Assembly: GCA_025062195.1 (NCBI GenBank)
Contig: JANXAS010000013.1
Span: 3,501 to 67,500 of the forward strand
Direction of reading: 5' to 3'
From: Armatimonadota bacterium
Lineage (GTDB): Bacteria > Armatimonadota > Fervidibacteria > Fervidibacterales > Thermosaccharophagaceae
Length of the DNA: 64,000 nt
Shown: positions 1-10,163 of the stretch, in pieces
How the letters are laid out: each line of letters begins with the position of its first letter
How positions within the stretch are numbered: the first letter of the stretch is position 1
Program-made: the position numbers and the translations under genes
Notes under the pieces: generated by a model
Told to the model about the DNA's origin: nothing
Database searches by the model: none
What the model saw: the letters and a program-made list of their open reading frames with translations, nothing else

Positions 1-3000
1 GCCCATGCTGCCATCCTGAATGAGAAAGCTTAGCTTGATGCGTTTGCCCGAAACCGGCTCTATGCCGCTGAGTTCATCCCAAGGTATAGCAAGCTCATAG
101 ATGTAACCGCCTTCAACTTGCTTTACTATCACCTTTGAATCATCCACCTTGCAATGGCGTGCAAGGAAGCCATAGTCAATTGGCAGCGGGTGAAGGTAAT
201 AAAACTTGGGCGTGCGCACACGCATCACTTCGGCGTTCCCGTCATTTGTCGGATAAACAATGTAGCAGTATTCGGAACACATGTGATGCCCAAACTTGTA
301 TAGGGGGGATGTCATCGGGAAGACTTCATACTTACGCATCCAATCTTTCCCAATTCTTCCAAGAGCAATCTGAATGAGGTCACCTACAGCTGCAGGTATT
401 GGTCCCATCTCGTAGTAGACATAATCTCCGGGCGGATTTTGAAAGCGGTGCAAACTCCTGCCGGCAAGCAATGATGGCAAGATATCGCGCTTCCCATCTA
501 TCACTCTTGCAGCCATGTAGAGGTTGCGCTCGTCGTATGCGAATGCCGCTTGAGCAGCAAAACCTTTTGTTAATGTGCGAACTTCCTCCCACGGAAACCA
601 TGCCTTGAGCAAGAGCGCATCCAAACGAGTTGTCGCAAGCGCAATTGGGACAGCACCTATGTATTGCCAATCGCTAACATCACCATCAACGGAGATGCTG
701 CCGCGCTTAATAACCGCTACATGCAAATCTTCATTTAGCGTCGCTGCGCCAACATTTGTTGTCACAACAAATTCAGCTGGATAGCAATTCACCTCATTAT
801 TGTTTGCCGCTTTAACTTTGAATTCAAAGCACCTTCTCTCCACCGGCGCAAGTGAGAACACCACTCCATCGGGCTGCAGTGCAAGCCCACTGACACTGAC
901 CAGCAGTTTTCCAATCAACTTAAATGGGTGCGCGTTACGAAGCTCAACGAGCAGCTTCGGGTGCTCATCAAGCGGTTGTCCAATTTGGTGCACGATGATC
1001 TCAACCGGACGAAGGTCATGATAAACTGCTTTTGAAAGCAACGACTCAAATTCCTTTGGCGGCAAGCTCGCCACCAAAAACTTAGGCACAACATCCACCG
1101 CAATATGTGTCTTTCTTCCCACCCTTTTAAGTTTGATCTCGTTGCCATACATATCAAATGCTCGCAGTGACTCGTGATGGTCAATCTCCATAACACATTT
1201 TGAGGCGGCAAATTGTCTTCTGAAGCCGCCAGAGCGAACAAGCGGTGCTTCATCAAGTGTTGTTGCGATAACTGCAATGCTCTTCCTCCCATCGGAAAAG
1301 AGCAGGACAAATGGAGGGCGTTCAGGATGGACAACACCATAAAAGCGCATACCGTTAAGGAAGTGAGCAGCAGCTGCTACCCACGCTGCAGTTGTCGTCG
1401 GAAAACCCTCGGAATCAAAGAGCAAGTCACGATGCAGCGGGCTAACCTTCCTTGCACCAAGGGCAAGTTGATACAGTGTGCGCCGAAGTGAAGAGGCATC
1501 GCCGAGCCAAGTCACCCAAGTTTCCGTATCCCAAACTTCCTTACCATAGTATCGTCCCATGGCAAAAGCTTGACATGCTTGTGGGCGCTCGTAATGCACC
1601 GAGATCACATCAATGTGATCGTCCATTTTGGCGGCAAAGATTTTCCAATCGGTGTTGTGAGACGAATCGGCAGCAACTATTTTGATGGTCCTGTCAACGG
1701 CATCCCTTGCCAGCTTTAGGTGTCTAAGCAAAAGCCTGTAGTGGTCACCGGTTGATTTCCAACCGCTTATCCCACCGCCTTCCCAAGGCTCATTCCAAAG
1801 GTTGAGCACCGGACACACATCCCTATATCGGCGCAGAAACTCCGCCCATGCATTCTCCCAATCGCCCATAAACTCTCGCCCGGGGGTGTTATCAAGCTTG
1901 ATGGTGTAGTTCTTGTATGGGATGTCAATAAAGTCACCCTTCGGCTTTGCCCAATCAGGGGCGTGCGACGCGAGGTTCATCACATAAACCTTGCTCTTTC
2001 GGCATGCATCAAAGAAGCGGTCAAGTTCTCCCCAACGCCAAACACCTTTCTGTGGCTCAAAGCTATCCCAACCTATTTCCGTGCGAAACCAATCAATCCC
2101 TATGCGCTTGTATGCCGGGATAAGCTCAAGTTCTCTCGTGCCGGCATGCCCAACTGAAGCCATGAATATGCCCTCCGGCTCAAACTTGCTCATATCCCTT
2201 CGCGGGACGATGGCAACATTGGCGATGTAAACGGGGAGCATCTCTCCATCGCGACGAAGCAAGGCGAGCACACCAAAAGTCCCATACCTTCGCGTTGGCA
2301 ATTGTAAAGTCACCTTCATCGGCGCCGATGCGCGAAGGTTGAGCCTCAGTGACCTGTGTAAAAGCGTTGAAGTGTGCACGACACGCACATCTGGCGACCA
2401 ATCAGCTTCGCCGGTTGTATCGTCAGCCAAGCTGAGCTGCACCGCAAAAAACTCAGCTCTTATAACAATATCGGCATCGGACGAAATCGCAAGCTGCAGT
2501 GCCGGCTTTTCATCCGCAAAGAAAACGAAATTTCGCTCGTCGCGCACAGCGGATACCTTGAGCGAGGTTGAGAGAGCCCTGTGCAATACAATACGGTCAA
2601 GCATTGACTTTGGGGGCACTTGAATTGCGATGGTATTTATGCCACGCTCAAACTTCAGCGGTATGAGGAAAAGCATCCTTGACATAGTTTTAGCGCCGCC
2701 GAGCATAAGGAAGTGCGGTCGGTAGGTTCTGTTCCACCCTTGGGGATACATCAACACCTTGCCATTCAACAGGATTTTGTATCGTATGGTTTCAACTCCG
2801 ATGTCATCCGGGAGCGATGCGGCGAGTTCCAATAATGCCACACTTGCAGAGGGCACATTTACCTCAAACGAGGTCTCTCCGCCACCCTGCGAAGTAACTG
2901 CCCTGCCACCGCTCGCTCCACTCACAGTGACAATCTTCAAATCGCCACTAAGGCTGCCAGCCTCAGCCTCAATTAACAGGGTTGAGTTTGAAAACCCAAT

Positions 3001-3084
3001 TGCGCACCAAGTTGGGAGATTTTGGAGGGTCAAAACCGCAGCGGTAGTTAACCAAAAGATAAAACTCCTCACCTGTGTGTCCAT
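1..3084 (-). CDS. Large secreted clan GH-A glycoside hydrolase (GH39/GH5-like) with C-terminal CBM9-like domain; 3' end runs off the window
   Basis: Not in the ORF track because there is no stop in the window. ATG at 3084 after GAGAGGG gives MDTQVRSFIFWLTTAAVLTLQNLPTWCA (signal-like). Segments translated in this frame include LNLWNEPWEGGG (acid/base, ~1790), EVWDTETW (nucleophile, ~1530) and GGYIYELAIPWDEL (CBM9-like, ~90). I spot-checked the frame rather than translating it end to end. Confidence 0.8.
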   Translation of the reverse strand, partial: MDTQVRSFIFWLTTAAVLTLQNLPTWCAIGFSNSTLLIEAEAGSLSGDLKIVTVSGASGGRAVTSQGGGETSFEVNVPSASVALLELAASLPDDIGVETIRYKILLNGKVLMYPQGWNRTYRPHFLMLGGAKTMSRMLFLIPLKFERGINTIAIQVPPKSMLDRIVLHRALSTSLKVSAVRDERNFVFFADEKPALQLAISSDADIVIRAEFFAVQLSLADDTTGEADWSPDVRVVHTSTLLHRSLRLNLRASAPMKVTLQLPTRRYGTFGVLALLRRDGEMLPVYIANVAIVPRRDMSKFEPEGIFMASVGHAGTRELELIPAYKRIGIDWFRTEIGWDSFEPQKGVWRWGELDRFFDACRKSKVYVMNLASHAPDWAKPKGDFIDIPYKNYTIKLDNTPGREFMGDWENAWAEFLRRYRDVCPVLNLWNEPWEGGGISGWKSTGDHYRLLLRHLKLARDAVDRTIKIVAADSSHNTDWKIFAAKMDDHIDVISVHYERPQACQAFAMGRYYGKEVWDTETWVTWLGDASSLRRTLYQLALGARKVSPLHRDLLFDSEGFPTTTAAWVAAAAHFLNGMRFYGVVHPERPPFVLLFSDGRKSIAVIATTLDEAPLVRSGGFRRQFAASKCVMEIDHHESLRAFDMYGNEIKLKRVGRKTHIAVDVVPKFLVASLPPKEFESLLSKAVYHDLRPVEIIVHQIGQPLDEHPKLLVELRNAHPFKLIGKLLVSVSGLALQPDGVVFSLAPVERRCFEFKVKAANNNEVNCYPAEFVVTTNVGAATLNEDLHVAVIKRGSISVDGDVSDWQYIGAVPIALATTRLDALLLKAWFPWEEVRTLTKGFAAQAAFAYDERNLYMAARVIDGKRDILPSLLAGRSLHRFQNPPGDYVYYEMGPIPAAVGDLIQIALGRIGKDWMRKYEVFPMTSPLYKFGHHMCSEYCYIVYPTNDGNAEVMRVRTPKFYYLHPLPIDYGFLARHCKVDDSKVIVKQVEGGYIYELAIPWDELSGIEPVSGKRIKLSFLIQDGSMG

Positions 3085-3561
3085 CAACCCTCTCACCCCG
3101 CATCCTCTGAGAGCGCTGAGACGAAGCAACTCTCGGTGTGGAGATTTTTCACTATACAAAAAATGCCGAGGCACAGTGCTCAAATGTAGCACGCTTATTT
3201 GTGGGCGATAGACTTCGGTGCGAGCCAACTCGTGCTCGCCGAACCAACCCCGCAAATTAGCCTCAATTTAATGCTCACATGGCTTGGTGATCAAAGAGAG
3301 CGATGCTGAGACGACAAACGGAGATAAAACAGATTGAACATGAGTCTGCACTGCTCCTTCCCGAATATCCGATGTTCCGCCACCTGTTCCGTCATCCCTA
3401 CGGGTATGAGCTGCAATGGGAAAAGTTGCGCCCTCTTGCCGAGCAACTTTAAATTGCCCTCCAAGAGCTGCGAGAGCAGCTTGAGCAATTCATTAGCGAA
3501 CTCTAATTGTGCCTATGGCACAAGTGCATCGTCTTTCCACCGGGTCTTTACTGGCATCTGC

Positions 3562-5475
3562 CTAACGCAAAATGAGTATCCTCGGATAGTCGCTGACGCT
3601 AACTTCCAAAGCTATAGTGCTGCGTGTAGCTTTGAGCAACTTCACCATAAGCCATTTATCATTGAGTGGGTCATAAAGGCGCACCGATGTCGGCTTCCCA
3701 GCAATACCGTTGATCGTTAAACGGTAGCGAGCTTCACCATGTGGCTTTGTTATGTCATAGGTCATCTCGTAAATGGCGATTGCAAAAGCATTTTCACCAA
3801 TCTGGAATGGCAGGAAGGCAAATGCCTCTCGCTGCCAAAGTGGCGGATTCTTTTCATCGCCCTCAAAGATCTTGCGCTGCTCACCAAGCGAGATCACATC
3901 CACATTGAGCTGCCGAATTTGCTCATCGCTCAGTGGCTTGCTTGCGGAAAATAACCTTACCAAGTTGCGTAGGGCTTTCATTGGGGGCGTCGCCACATCT
4001 TCAAACTTTACATTTACTGTGAACTTTGTTACCTCTGGCGGTAGAAGACCCATTCCAAGCGGTGTTCTGTCATAGGCGCAGTAGTAGTGCATCACATCAA
4101 TACCCTTGTTGAGCCAGAAGCAGAAGGAACGCAATGCGGTTTTCGCCTTGAGCAACCACGCGCCCTGTTCATCGTTGACCCCACACTCTGGCGGGACGAC
4201 ACCGTGTTCGGTCATGTAATGGTAGAAGCGCTCAACGCCTTTTGGCTTCCGCTTCTTCCTTGCATCAGTGTTGAGCAGCCTCATCAAGCTCTCCGTTTGG
4301 ATGAATGTATGTGCCCAACCCTCCGGCATGCGCATCTCCATCTTCGGGATAAAGCCCTCAAGGCACCGCCACGGTTCATTTGGGGCTTGCTCATGCTCCG
4401 GGAGTTTCCTCGTCCCAGTGCCATATGGATGATAGCTTTGCCCATCTGTCATTGGCGGCAGCTCCTCAATCGGCGTATGAAAGAAAGTCGTGTTTGAAAA
4501 GCCCCAAATACAACGAGCATTTGGAAAGCGCAATTTGACAAGCTCAACTGTGCGGCGTGCTATCTCCCATGCATGTCCTCCTGGGCGAAGGAAGTCAACC
4601 TTGAATTTGACTATCGGTGGGTCGTAATAGTGATTGATGCCGTGCGTGCCCATGAATGCTGAGCCGAAGGAAAGCTCGTTCCAAATCTCAACATCAAAAT
4701 CGCTAATGCCGGCGGATTTAAGCAAGTCAAGGACAAGCTGCGTATATCTTACCCAGCCGTTTGCCATAGCCTCAAATTCTGGTGTTCCAACTGGATGTGC
4801 CGGAAGATACTTCAGCGTCGCAAGCAGCACCCTCTCGCCAGCTTTTAAGTCTTTGGGGAGCGGCTTGCTCAATTTGCATTCCTTGGTCTGGGCATCAACA
4901 TCGGTGATGAAGACTTCGCATGCCATGTATGTGGTTAGGTTGGATAAGCCGCTATATCGCGGGACAATGTCCTTGACGCTGTCAAGCTTAACTGTCCTAC
5001 TTCCCTTAGGCGCATCTTCAATCAGGCGGCGCTCAAAGAAACGATGCGGGCATGGAACGCCATGATGAGCATTGAGCAATATTGTTGGACGAATGCCGTA
5101 GTGCTTGCAAAGCTGAAGCAATGTGCGCCATCTATCTTCATTGCTCAACTTCGTCTCATCCCAGTTGACATTGCTCCAACCAATCTCAATTCGGAATGTC
5201 TTAAAGCCGGCTTCATAAAGGAGGCGTATGGCAACTTCATGGTTGCTTGGCACATTGTAGTTAATGCCAATACCTTTAAGGAAATCGTGAGCGCTCCTCG
5301 TCTCAAGGAAAGCCCTCCACGGAAGTTTGTAATGGCTATGCTTTGGCCACGGGACTTCAAGCTGAGTCGGATCAATGTATGGATACACCGGGAATTCATT
5401 TGTCCCGTAAAAAGCTGCCTCAAGTGGGCTTGCAAACAGGCTTACTGAGAGAGCCAACAAAAGCCACCTACACAT
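3562..5475 (-). CDS. Secreted putative clan GH-A glycoside hydrolase, unclassified
   Basis: Signal peptide MCRWLLLALSVSLFASPLEA after GAGGTGG; motifs FRIEIGW, EIWNEL, YHPYG and YMTEHG. Confidence 0.65.
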   Translation of the reverse strand: MCRWLLLALSVSLFASPLEAAFYGTNEFPVYPYIDPTQLEVPWPKHSHYKLPWRAFLETRSAHDFLKGIGINYNVPSNHEVAIRLLYEAGFKTFRIEIGWSNVNWDETKLSNEDRWRTLLQLCKHYGIRPTILLNAHHGVPCPHRFFERRLIEDAPKGSRTVKLDSVKDIVPRYSGLSNLTTYMACEVFITDVDAQTKECKLSKPLPKDLKAGERVLLATLKYLPAHPVGTPEFEAMANGWVRYTQLVLDLLKSAGISDFDVEIWNELSFGSAFMGTHGINHYYDPPIVKFKVDFLRPGGHAWEIARRTVELVKLRFPNARCIWGFSNTTFFHTPIEELPPMTDGQSYHPYGTGTRKLPEHEQAPNEPWRCLEGFIPKMEMRMPEGWAHTFIQTESLMRLLNTDARKKRKPKGVERFYHYMTEHGVVPPECGVNDEQGAWLLKAKTALRSFCFWLNKGIDVMHYYCAYDRTPLGMGLLPPEVTKFTVNVKFEDVATPPMKALRNLVRLFSASKPLSDEQIRQLNVDVISLGEQRKIFEGDEKNPPLWQREAFAFLPFQIGENAFAIAIYEMTYDITKPHGEARYRLTINGIAGKPTSVRLYDPLNDKWLMVKLLKATRSTIALEVSVSDYPRILILR

Positions 5476-5882
5476 TTTCCCCACCTCAATCAACTTGAGA
5501 TGCACAAAGTTTCGCCAACACTGCATCCACCCATGCAGTGTGAATCCCCTTATGAACAATGGCACACTCAATTGCTCTCGTTATGTGCCGAGCATTGTGG
5601 CTCACTTGGGAGTTTGCCTTCCCTACAGCCCTCCTCAAACAACCTTTTGATAAGGGTGATTGAGTTAAAGGAAAGCTGCAGATAAGCCGTGAAACCAAAT
5701 AAGTTAGATGTTACCTTAATTTTTGAGGATGACATTGCCGTGCGTTGTTTACGACTGCCTGCGAGGGCGACAAAATGCACTCTCAGGTTGACCAAATTGA
5801 TGAACGCTATCCTCGCTCTCAAATGATTGCGAACGGCTATTGCTCTAACCTTCTCGCCATGCATGGGTTAGGGGTGGTTAGC

Positions 5883-6203
5883 GTGAATGAATTTTTTAAA
5901 GGCTTGCTTGTAGGTTTGCTCATTGGCGAGGGACATTTTGGCGGCGATGGAAAGCAGCCGCATATAACTCTTAGAATGCACACACGCCACAGGAAGCTAT
6001 TTGAATTGCTCACAAAAATCGTGCCAGGTTCAAGGGTCTATGGACCATATACACACGGTGGGAGAAGTTACTATCAATGGATGGTGCGCGGGGAGCCACT
6101 TCGCCAGCTTATGGAATGGTTTGAGAATGTCCAGTTAAACGAAATTGATGATTATGCATGGCAGCGCTATAAAGAGATGAAACACCGCTACAGGCTTGAA
6201 TGA
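5883..6203 (+). CDS. Free-standing single-motif LAGLIDADG-family protein (~106 aa)
   Basis: GTG after GGGGTGG; LVGLLIGEGHF matches the LAGLIDADG helix with E at the catalytic position; followed by ITLRM...L..L...PGSRVY...YYQWMVRG. Confidence 0.7.
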   Translation: MNEFFKGLLVGLLIGEGHFGGDGKQPHITLRMHTRHRKLFELLTKIVPGSRVYGPYTHGGRSYYQWMVRGEPLRQLMEWFENVQLNEIDDYAWQRYKEMKHRYRLE

Positions 6204-6332
6204 GCACCATTGTAATGATGCCCGCTTGACAAACCCAAATGCCTTGCCAACACAGACACAACGGAATTTTCGCCTTCATCGTCTAAACACTTGAAACTAT
6301 AACCCCAAAATACCCATTTGGAGGTGGTAAGG

Positions 6333-7406
6333 ATGGGTCGCTCAGTATCAAGACGTGAGTTTCTGAGAGATGTGGCGTTATACGGGGCAGCAATTGCTGG
6401 TGGTTATCTTGTTGCAAGTGAAGGCGAGGGAAAACTCGCAACGAGGGTGCTTGGAAGGACAAAGCTAAAGGTGACGGTTGTATCATTTGGTGGATTGCGC
6501 CTTGAGAACCCGGATGTCCTGAGTATGGCGATTGATAAGGGCATGAATCTCATCCACACATCGCCCGGCTATGCTGGTGGGAGAAGCATAAAGGCGTTTG
6601 GAGAGGTGATGAAGACAAAGCGCAGCAAAGTATACCTTGCGCTTAAGGACTCGCCAACTGGGAACATAGATGGCGCCCTAAAGATACTCAACACCGATTA
6701 TGTGGATATACTTCTGCCGCAAATTGACATACCAGACCAAGTCAGAAACGAGCGCTGGATTGAGGGCTATGAGAGGCTGAAGAAGGAGGGCAAAATAAGA
6801 TTCACCGGCTTTGCATGCCACACTAATATACCTGCTGTTATGGAAGCAGCGATTGAATTCGGCTACCACGATGTGATGCTCATCTCCTACAACATCGGTA
6901 ACAGGAAAATGCTTGACCCGTTAATTGAGCGTGCCGCCGAAAAAGGCATCGGTATCATGGCGATGAAGGCAATGGGTGGCTTGAGGCGCGGCGACCCAGA
7001 AACTATTGTGGCTGGATTAAAATCGCTGCTCACAAACAAGGGTGTCCATACATTGCTCATTGGAATGACCACTTTTGAGGAAGTTGAATGCAATCTGAAG
7101 GTTGGCGCTGGCGAACTTACAAAAGCTGAGGCAGAGCTTCTGGAGCGTCATATGGCAGTTGTGGCAGCAACTCTTTGTGCGGGTTGCGGGAAATGTAATG
7201 TCTGCCCGAAGGGGATAAGCATTGCTGACTTGATGCGGTGCTATGAATATGCAATGCGTGGTGACCTTGATGTTGCAAAGGAAGCCTACACGAGTTTGAG
7301 GGCATCTTGCGTTTCATGTGACGGCTGCAAAAAGTGCGAATTGGCATGCCCCAAAGGGTTGCCAATTGCGCGGAGGCTAAACCAGCTTCACACCTTGCTT
7401 TCATAA
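6333..7406 (+). CDS. Aldo/keto reductase with Tat signal and C-terminal 4Fe-4S dicluster domain
   Basis: SRREFL twin-arginine signal; LGRTKLKVTVVSFGG; GKIRFTGFACH; CAGCGKCNVCP and CVSCDGCKKCELACP. Confidence 0.88.
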   Translation: MGRSVSRREFLRDVALYGAAIAGGYLVASEGEGKLATRVLGRTKLKVTVVSFGGLRLENPDVLSMAIDKGMNLIHTSPGYAGGRSIKAFGEVMKTKRSKVYLALKDSPTGNIDGALKILNTDYVDILLPQIDIPDQVRNERWIEGYERLKKEGKIRFTGFACHTNIPAVMEAAIEFGYHDVMLISYNIGNRKMLDPLIERAAEKGIGIMAMKAMGGLRRGDPETIVAGLKSLLTNKGVHTLLIGMTTFEEVECNLKVGAGELTKAEAELLERHMAVVAATLCAGCGKCNVCPKGISIADLMRCYEYAMRGDLDVAKEAYTSLRASCVSCDGCKKCELACPKGLPIARRLNQLHTLLS

Positions 7407-7598
7407 CTGAATTGCACAAGCCGATTGGTTATTACTGGGAATTGCAAACCGCACATAAGTGGTGTCTAAGGGCGACTAAATTAGATGTGTGATGGGTAAA
7501 AGGGTAAGGCTATCTGGTGTGAGAGATAAGGTTGCACTGACCTTGGCGGTGTAAAGGGAAGGGTTAGCCACCTTGATTTCGCTAAGGCAAACTGGCAA

Positions 7599-8351
7599 GT
7601 GTTAGAGATGAGCTATCTTCAAAGAAGTGTGTCTTTTGGGGGCGCATTTGTAGGGGTGGATGTTCCTGGGAGCGAGACGAAACCATTTTTTGTTGCGGTG
7701 CTTATATCCACCGAAGAAAAAGCGCATCTTATCAGCGTTGAGCAACTTATCGGTTTAGAAAGGGCGATTGATTTTATCCTCCAAAACAAACCGTGCGCAA
7801 TAGCGATAGATGCTCCTCAACCGTTGTGCAGCAGGGCACATGAATTGCAGTTTGAGGAATTTTTCAAAGCGTGCGGGTGGGCAAGGAATGGTTTGCGGGA
7901 ATGCGAGCGTGAGCTTATTCAGCGCTTCAAAATAAGGTGCTTCCCAACCACGCCAACAACATTTGCTTCTTTCAGGAGGCTAATCCTTATCGGATGGCGA
8001 CTATATGCAAAACTGATCAGCCATGGCTACCGCATCGCCAAGGGCAAACGCAGAGGGAAACTTGAGCGATGGTTGATTGAAGTCTATCCACATGCCACCT
8101 TTGTTATGCTTGCGGGTAGCAAGCTTCATCCCAAAGCCAAAGCCATTGGAAGAGCACAAAGGCTTGCTATACTTGAGCGCTACATAAGCGGCATCTTGCG
8201 ACCTCAAAGAATTACACGATGTGCCGATGAACTTGATGCCATAGCGGCTGCGCTTACAGCCTTCCTATGGTGGCATGGCAAATGCATTATCCTGGGAAGC
8301 CCCAAAAAAGGTGGATGCTTAGTTATCCCGAAGGCACATAACCTAATGTGA
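7599..8351 (+). CDS. DUF429-family protein (predicted RNase H-fold nuclease)
   Basis: FVGVD, IAIDAP, RECER, IEVYPHA, DELDAIAAA and G.LVIP motifs. Confidence 0.8.
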   Translation: MLEMSYLQRSVSFGGAFVGVDVPGSETKPFFVAVLISTEEKAHLISVEQLIGLERAIDFILQNKPCAIAIDAPQPLCSRAHELQFEEFFKACGWARNGLRECERELIQRFKIRCFPTTPTTFASFRRLILIGWRLYAKLISHGYRIAKGKRRGKLERWLIEVYPHATFVMLAGSKLHPKAKAIGRAQRLAILERYISGILRPQRITRCADELDAIAAALTAFLWWHGKCIILGSPKKGGCLVIPKAHNLM

Positions 8352-8449
8352 GATCGCTGCCTATCTGTGGGCGTAGCGTATTTTCAGTCGGCTAATGCCT
8401 TATGGTATATGCCCATTGATGCCAATAAGCGCCCAGAAGGTGTTCTGCA

Positions 8450-9967
8450 ATGACATCAATTAAAACTGAGAGGGTTGCACAGGAGTTAGACAGCGCGAGA
8501 ATAGGAAAACCGTTGCAGAAGCAGATTGCAATCATGGTTGGAATTGAGGGTGATGTCGCAAAAGAGTGCGAAGAGGTGCTTACGAGGCTCGGCTTTCATT
8601 CACTTAGGTGCGTGAGCTTTGAGGAAGCCAAAGAGCAGTTGGAAAAACGAAGTCCACAGCTCGTTGTTGTAAGCACTGCGTTGCCAAGTAGTGACCCATT
8701 GGAATTGCTTCGCGCTGTAAAGGAGCACAATCCCCTTATAACAGGCATACTCGTGGCGAGGCAAGCAACATATGACTTCGTAATCAAGGCGCTCAGGGTT
8801 GGGTGCGATGGATTGGTTTACGGTGATTTTTCCACCGAGGAGTTCTATGCAACCGTAAGTGAGGCGCTTGAGAAGTCAGCATTGCGTGAAGATGTGAGTA
8901 AGCTGAAATCGTTGCTGTCGTTATATCGCCTCAGCCAGATGATAACCGTCACACTTGATTTGGATAGACTCCTATCACTGACACTTGACCTTGCTATAAG
9001 TGAACTGCACGCAAGCAGCGGTTCAATAATGCTGCGTGACGAGGTAACTGGCGACTTGATCATTGCCGCTGTGCATGGCTTGCCAAAGACTTTGATCGGC
9101 AAGCGCCAATCAATCAACGAGGGAATCGCCGGATTGGTTGCGAGGCAGCAAAAACCAATCATCATCTCTCCGAGCGTGAGTGTTGAACCACAGGTGCTAT
9201 CAATGCTCAAGCGCAAGGAGATAATCTCTTCAATCTCCTTCCCGATGATGTTTGAGGGGAAGCTCGTCGGAATATTGAATGTAAACAGCGTTGAGGGCGA
9301 GGTGGTGTTTGGAGAAGGCGAACTTGAAATACTCTCAGTGCTGTGCGCTCAAGCTGCTTCAGCAATAACAAATGCAAGGCTACACGAGCAAGTGCGAAGG
9401 AGCTACCTTGGAGCCATAACAGCCCTTGTCCAAGCAATAGAAGCACGCGACCCCTACACTAAGGGACATTCGGAAAAGGTTTCCGAGTATGCGGTGCAGC
9501 TTGGCGAGACAATCAAACTGAGCGCCGATGAGTCTGAAGCCATACGGATGGCTGGTCTTTTACACGATGTCGGCAAGATAGGTATACCAGACCAAATCTT
9601 GCTCAAGCCGGGCAAGCTGACAGAGGAAGAATACGAGCAGATAAAGCGTCACCCAATAATCAGCTCACTCATTATTGAGCCGGTGCCATTCCCTTGGGAT
9701 ATAAGGACACCGGTGCGCCATCACCATGAACGTTGGGATGGTAAAGGCTATCCTGACGGACTCAGAGGCGAGGAGATACCGCTGACAGCACGCATCATCT
9801 CCGTTACGGATGTGTTTGACGCCATCACTTCCGACAGAGCATACAGGGGCGCAATGAGCGCTGAGGCGGCTTTTGAACTCATTCTGGAGGTGGCTGGCAC
9901 GCAGCTTGACCCCGAACTTTCACGGGCGTTTGTCAATATGATGCGCTCAAAAAAGCGGCGAAGTTAG
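8450..9967 (+). CDS. REC-like/GAF/HD-GYP c-di-GMP phosphodiesterase
   Basis: EARDPYTKGHS, LHDVGKIG and HHHERWDGKGYP motifs; central GAF domain; N-terminal receiver-like domain. Confidence 0.92.
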   Translation: MTSIKTERVAQELDSARIGKPLQKQIAIMVGIEGDVAKECEEVLTRLGFHSLRCVSFEEAKEQLEKRSPQLVVVSTALPSSDPLELLRAVKEHNPLITGILVARQATYDFVIKALRVGCDGLVYGDFSTEEFYATVSEALEKSALREDVSKLKSLLSLYRLSQMITVTLDLDRLLSLTLDLAISELHASSGSIMLRDEVTGDLIIAAVHGLPKTLIGKRQSINEGIAGLVARQQKPIIISPSVSVEPQVLSMLKRKEIISSISFPMMFEGKLVGILNVNSVEGEVVFGEGELEILSVLCAQAASAITNARLHEQVRRSYLGAITALVQAIEARDPYTKGHSEKVSEYAVQLGETIKLSADESEAIRMAGLLHDVGKIGIPDQILLKPGKLTEEEYEQIKRHPIISSLIIEPVPFPWDIRTPVRHHHERWDGKGYPDGLRGEEIPLTARIISVTDVFDAITSDRAYRGAMSAEAAFELILEVAGTQLDPELSRAFVNMMRSKKRRS

Positions 9968-10163
9968 AGACCGCTTCACTTCCCCAAGCGTTGCATCTCA
10001 AAGCCATTATTAACACGGTTTGACATGTGAATCCTGCCCACGAGAACTTTCGGCAAAATGCCTCATGCCGAAGCGAGCAAAGCACGGCTGCAAATAACGA
10101 TTTAAAATAGCATACAATGATGCTCACTCTGATAGTAAGGGATGCAAATTGCGGGGTGTGAAC

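Noticed and set aside
135-3211. Many short + strand ORFs, including the 150 aa ORF at 2759-3211
   Set aside because: They are antisense to the long minus-strand glycoside hydrolase frame at 1-3084.
5480-6330. Group I intron or intein hosting the LAGLIDADG ORF
   Set aside because: No interrupted host gene, no recognisable P7/R-S core, and no intein terminal motifs.
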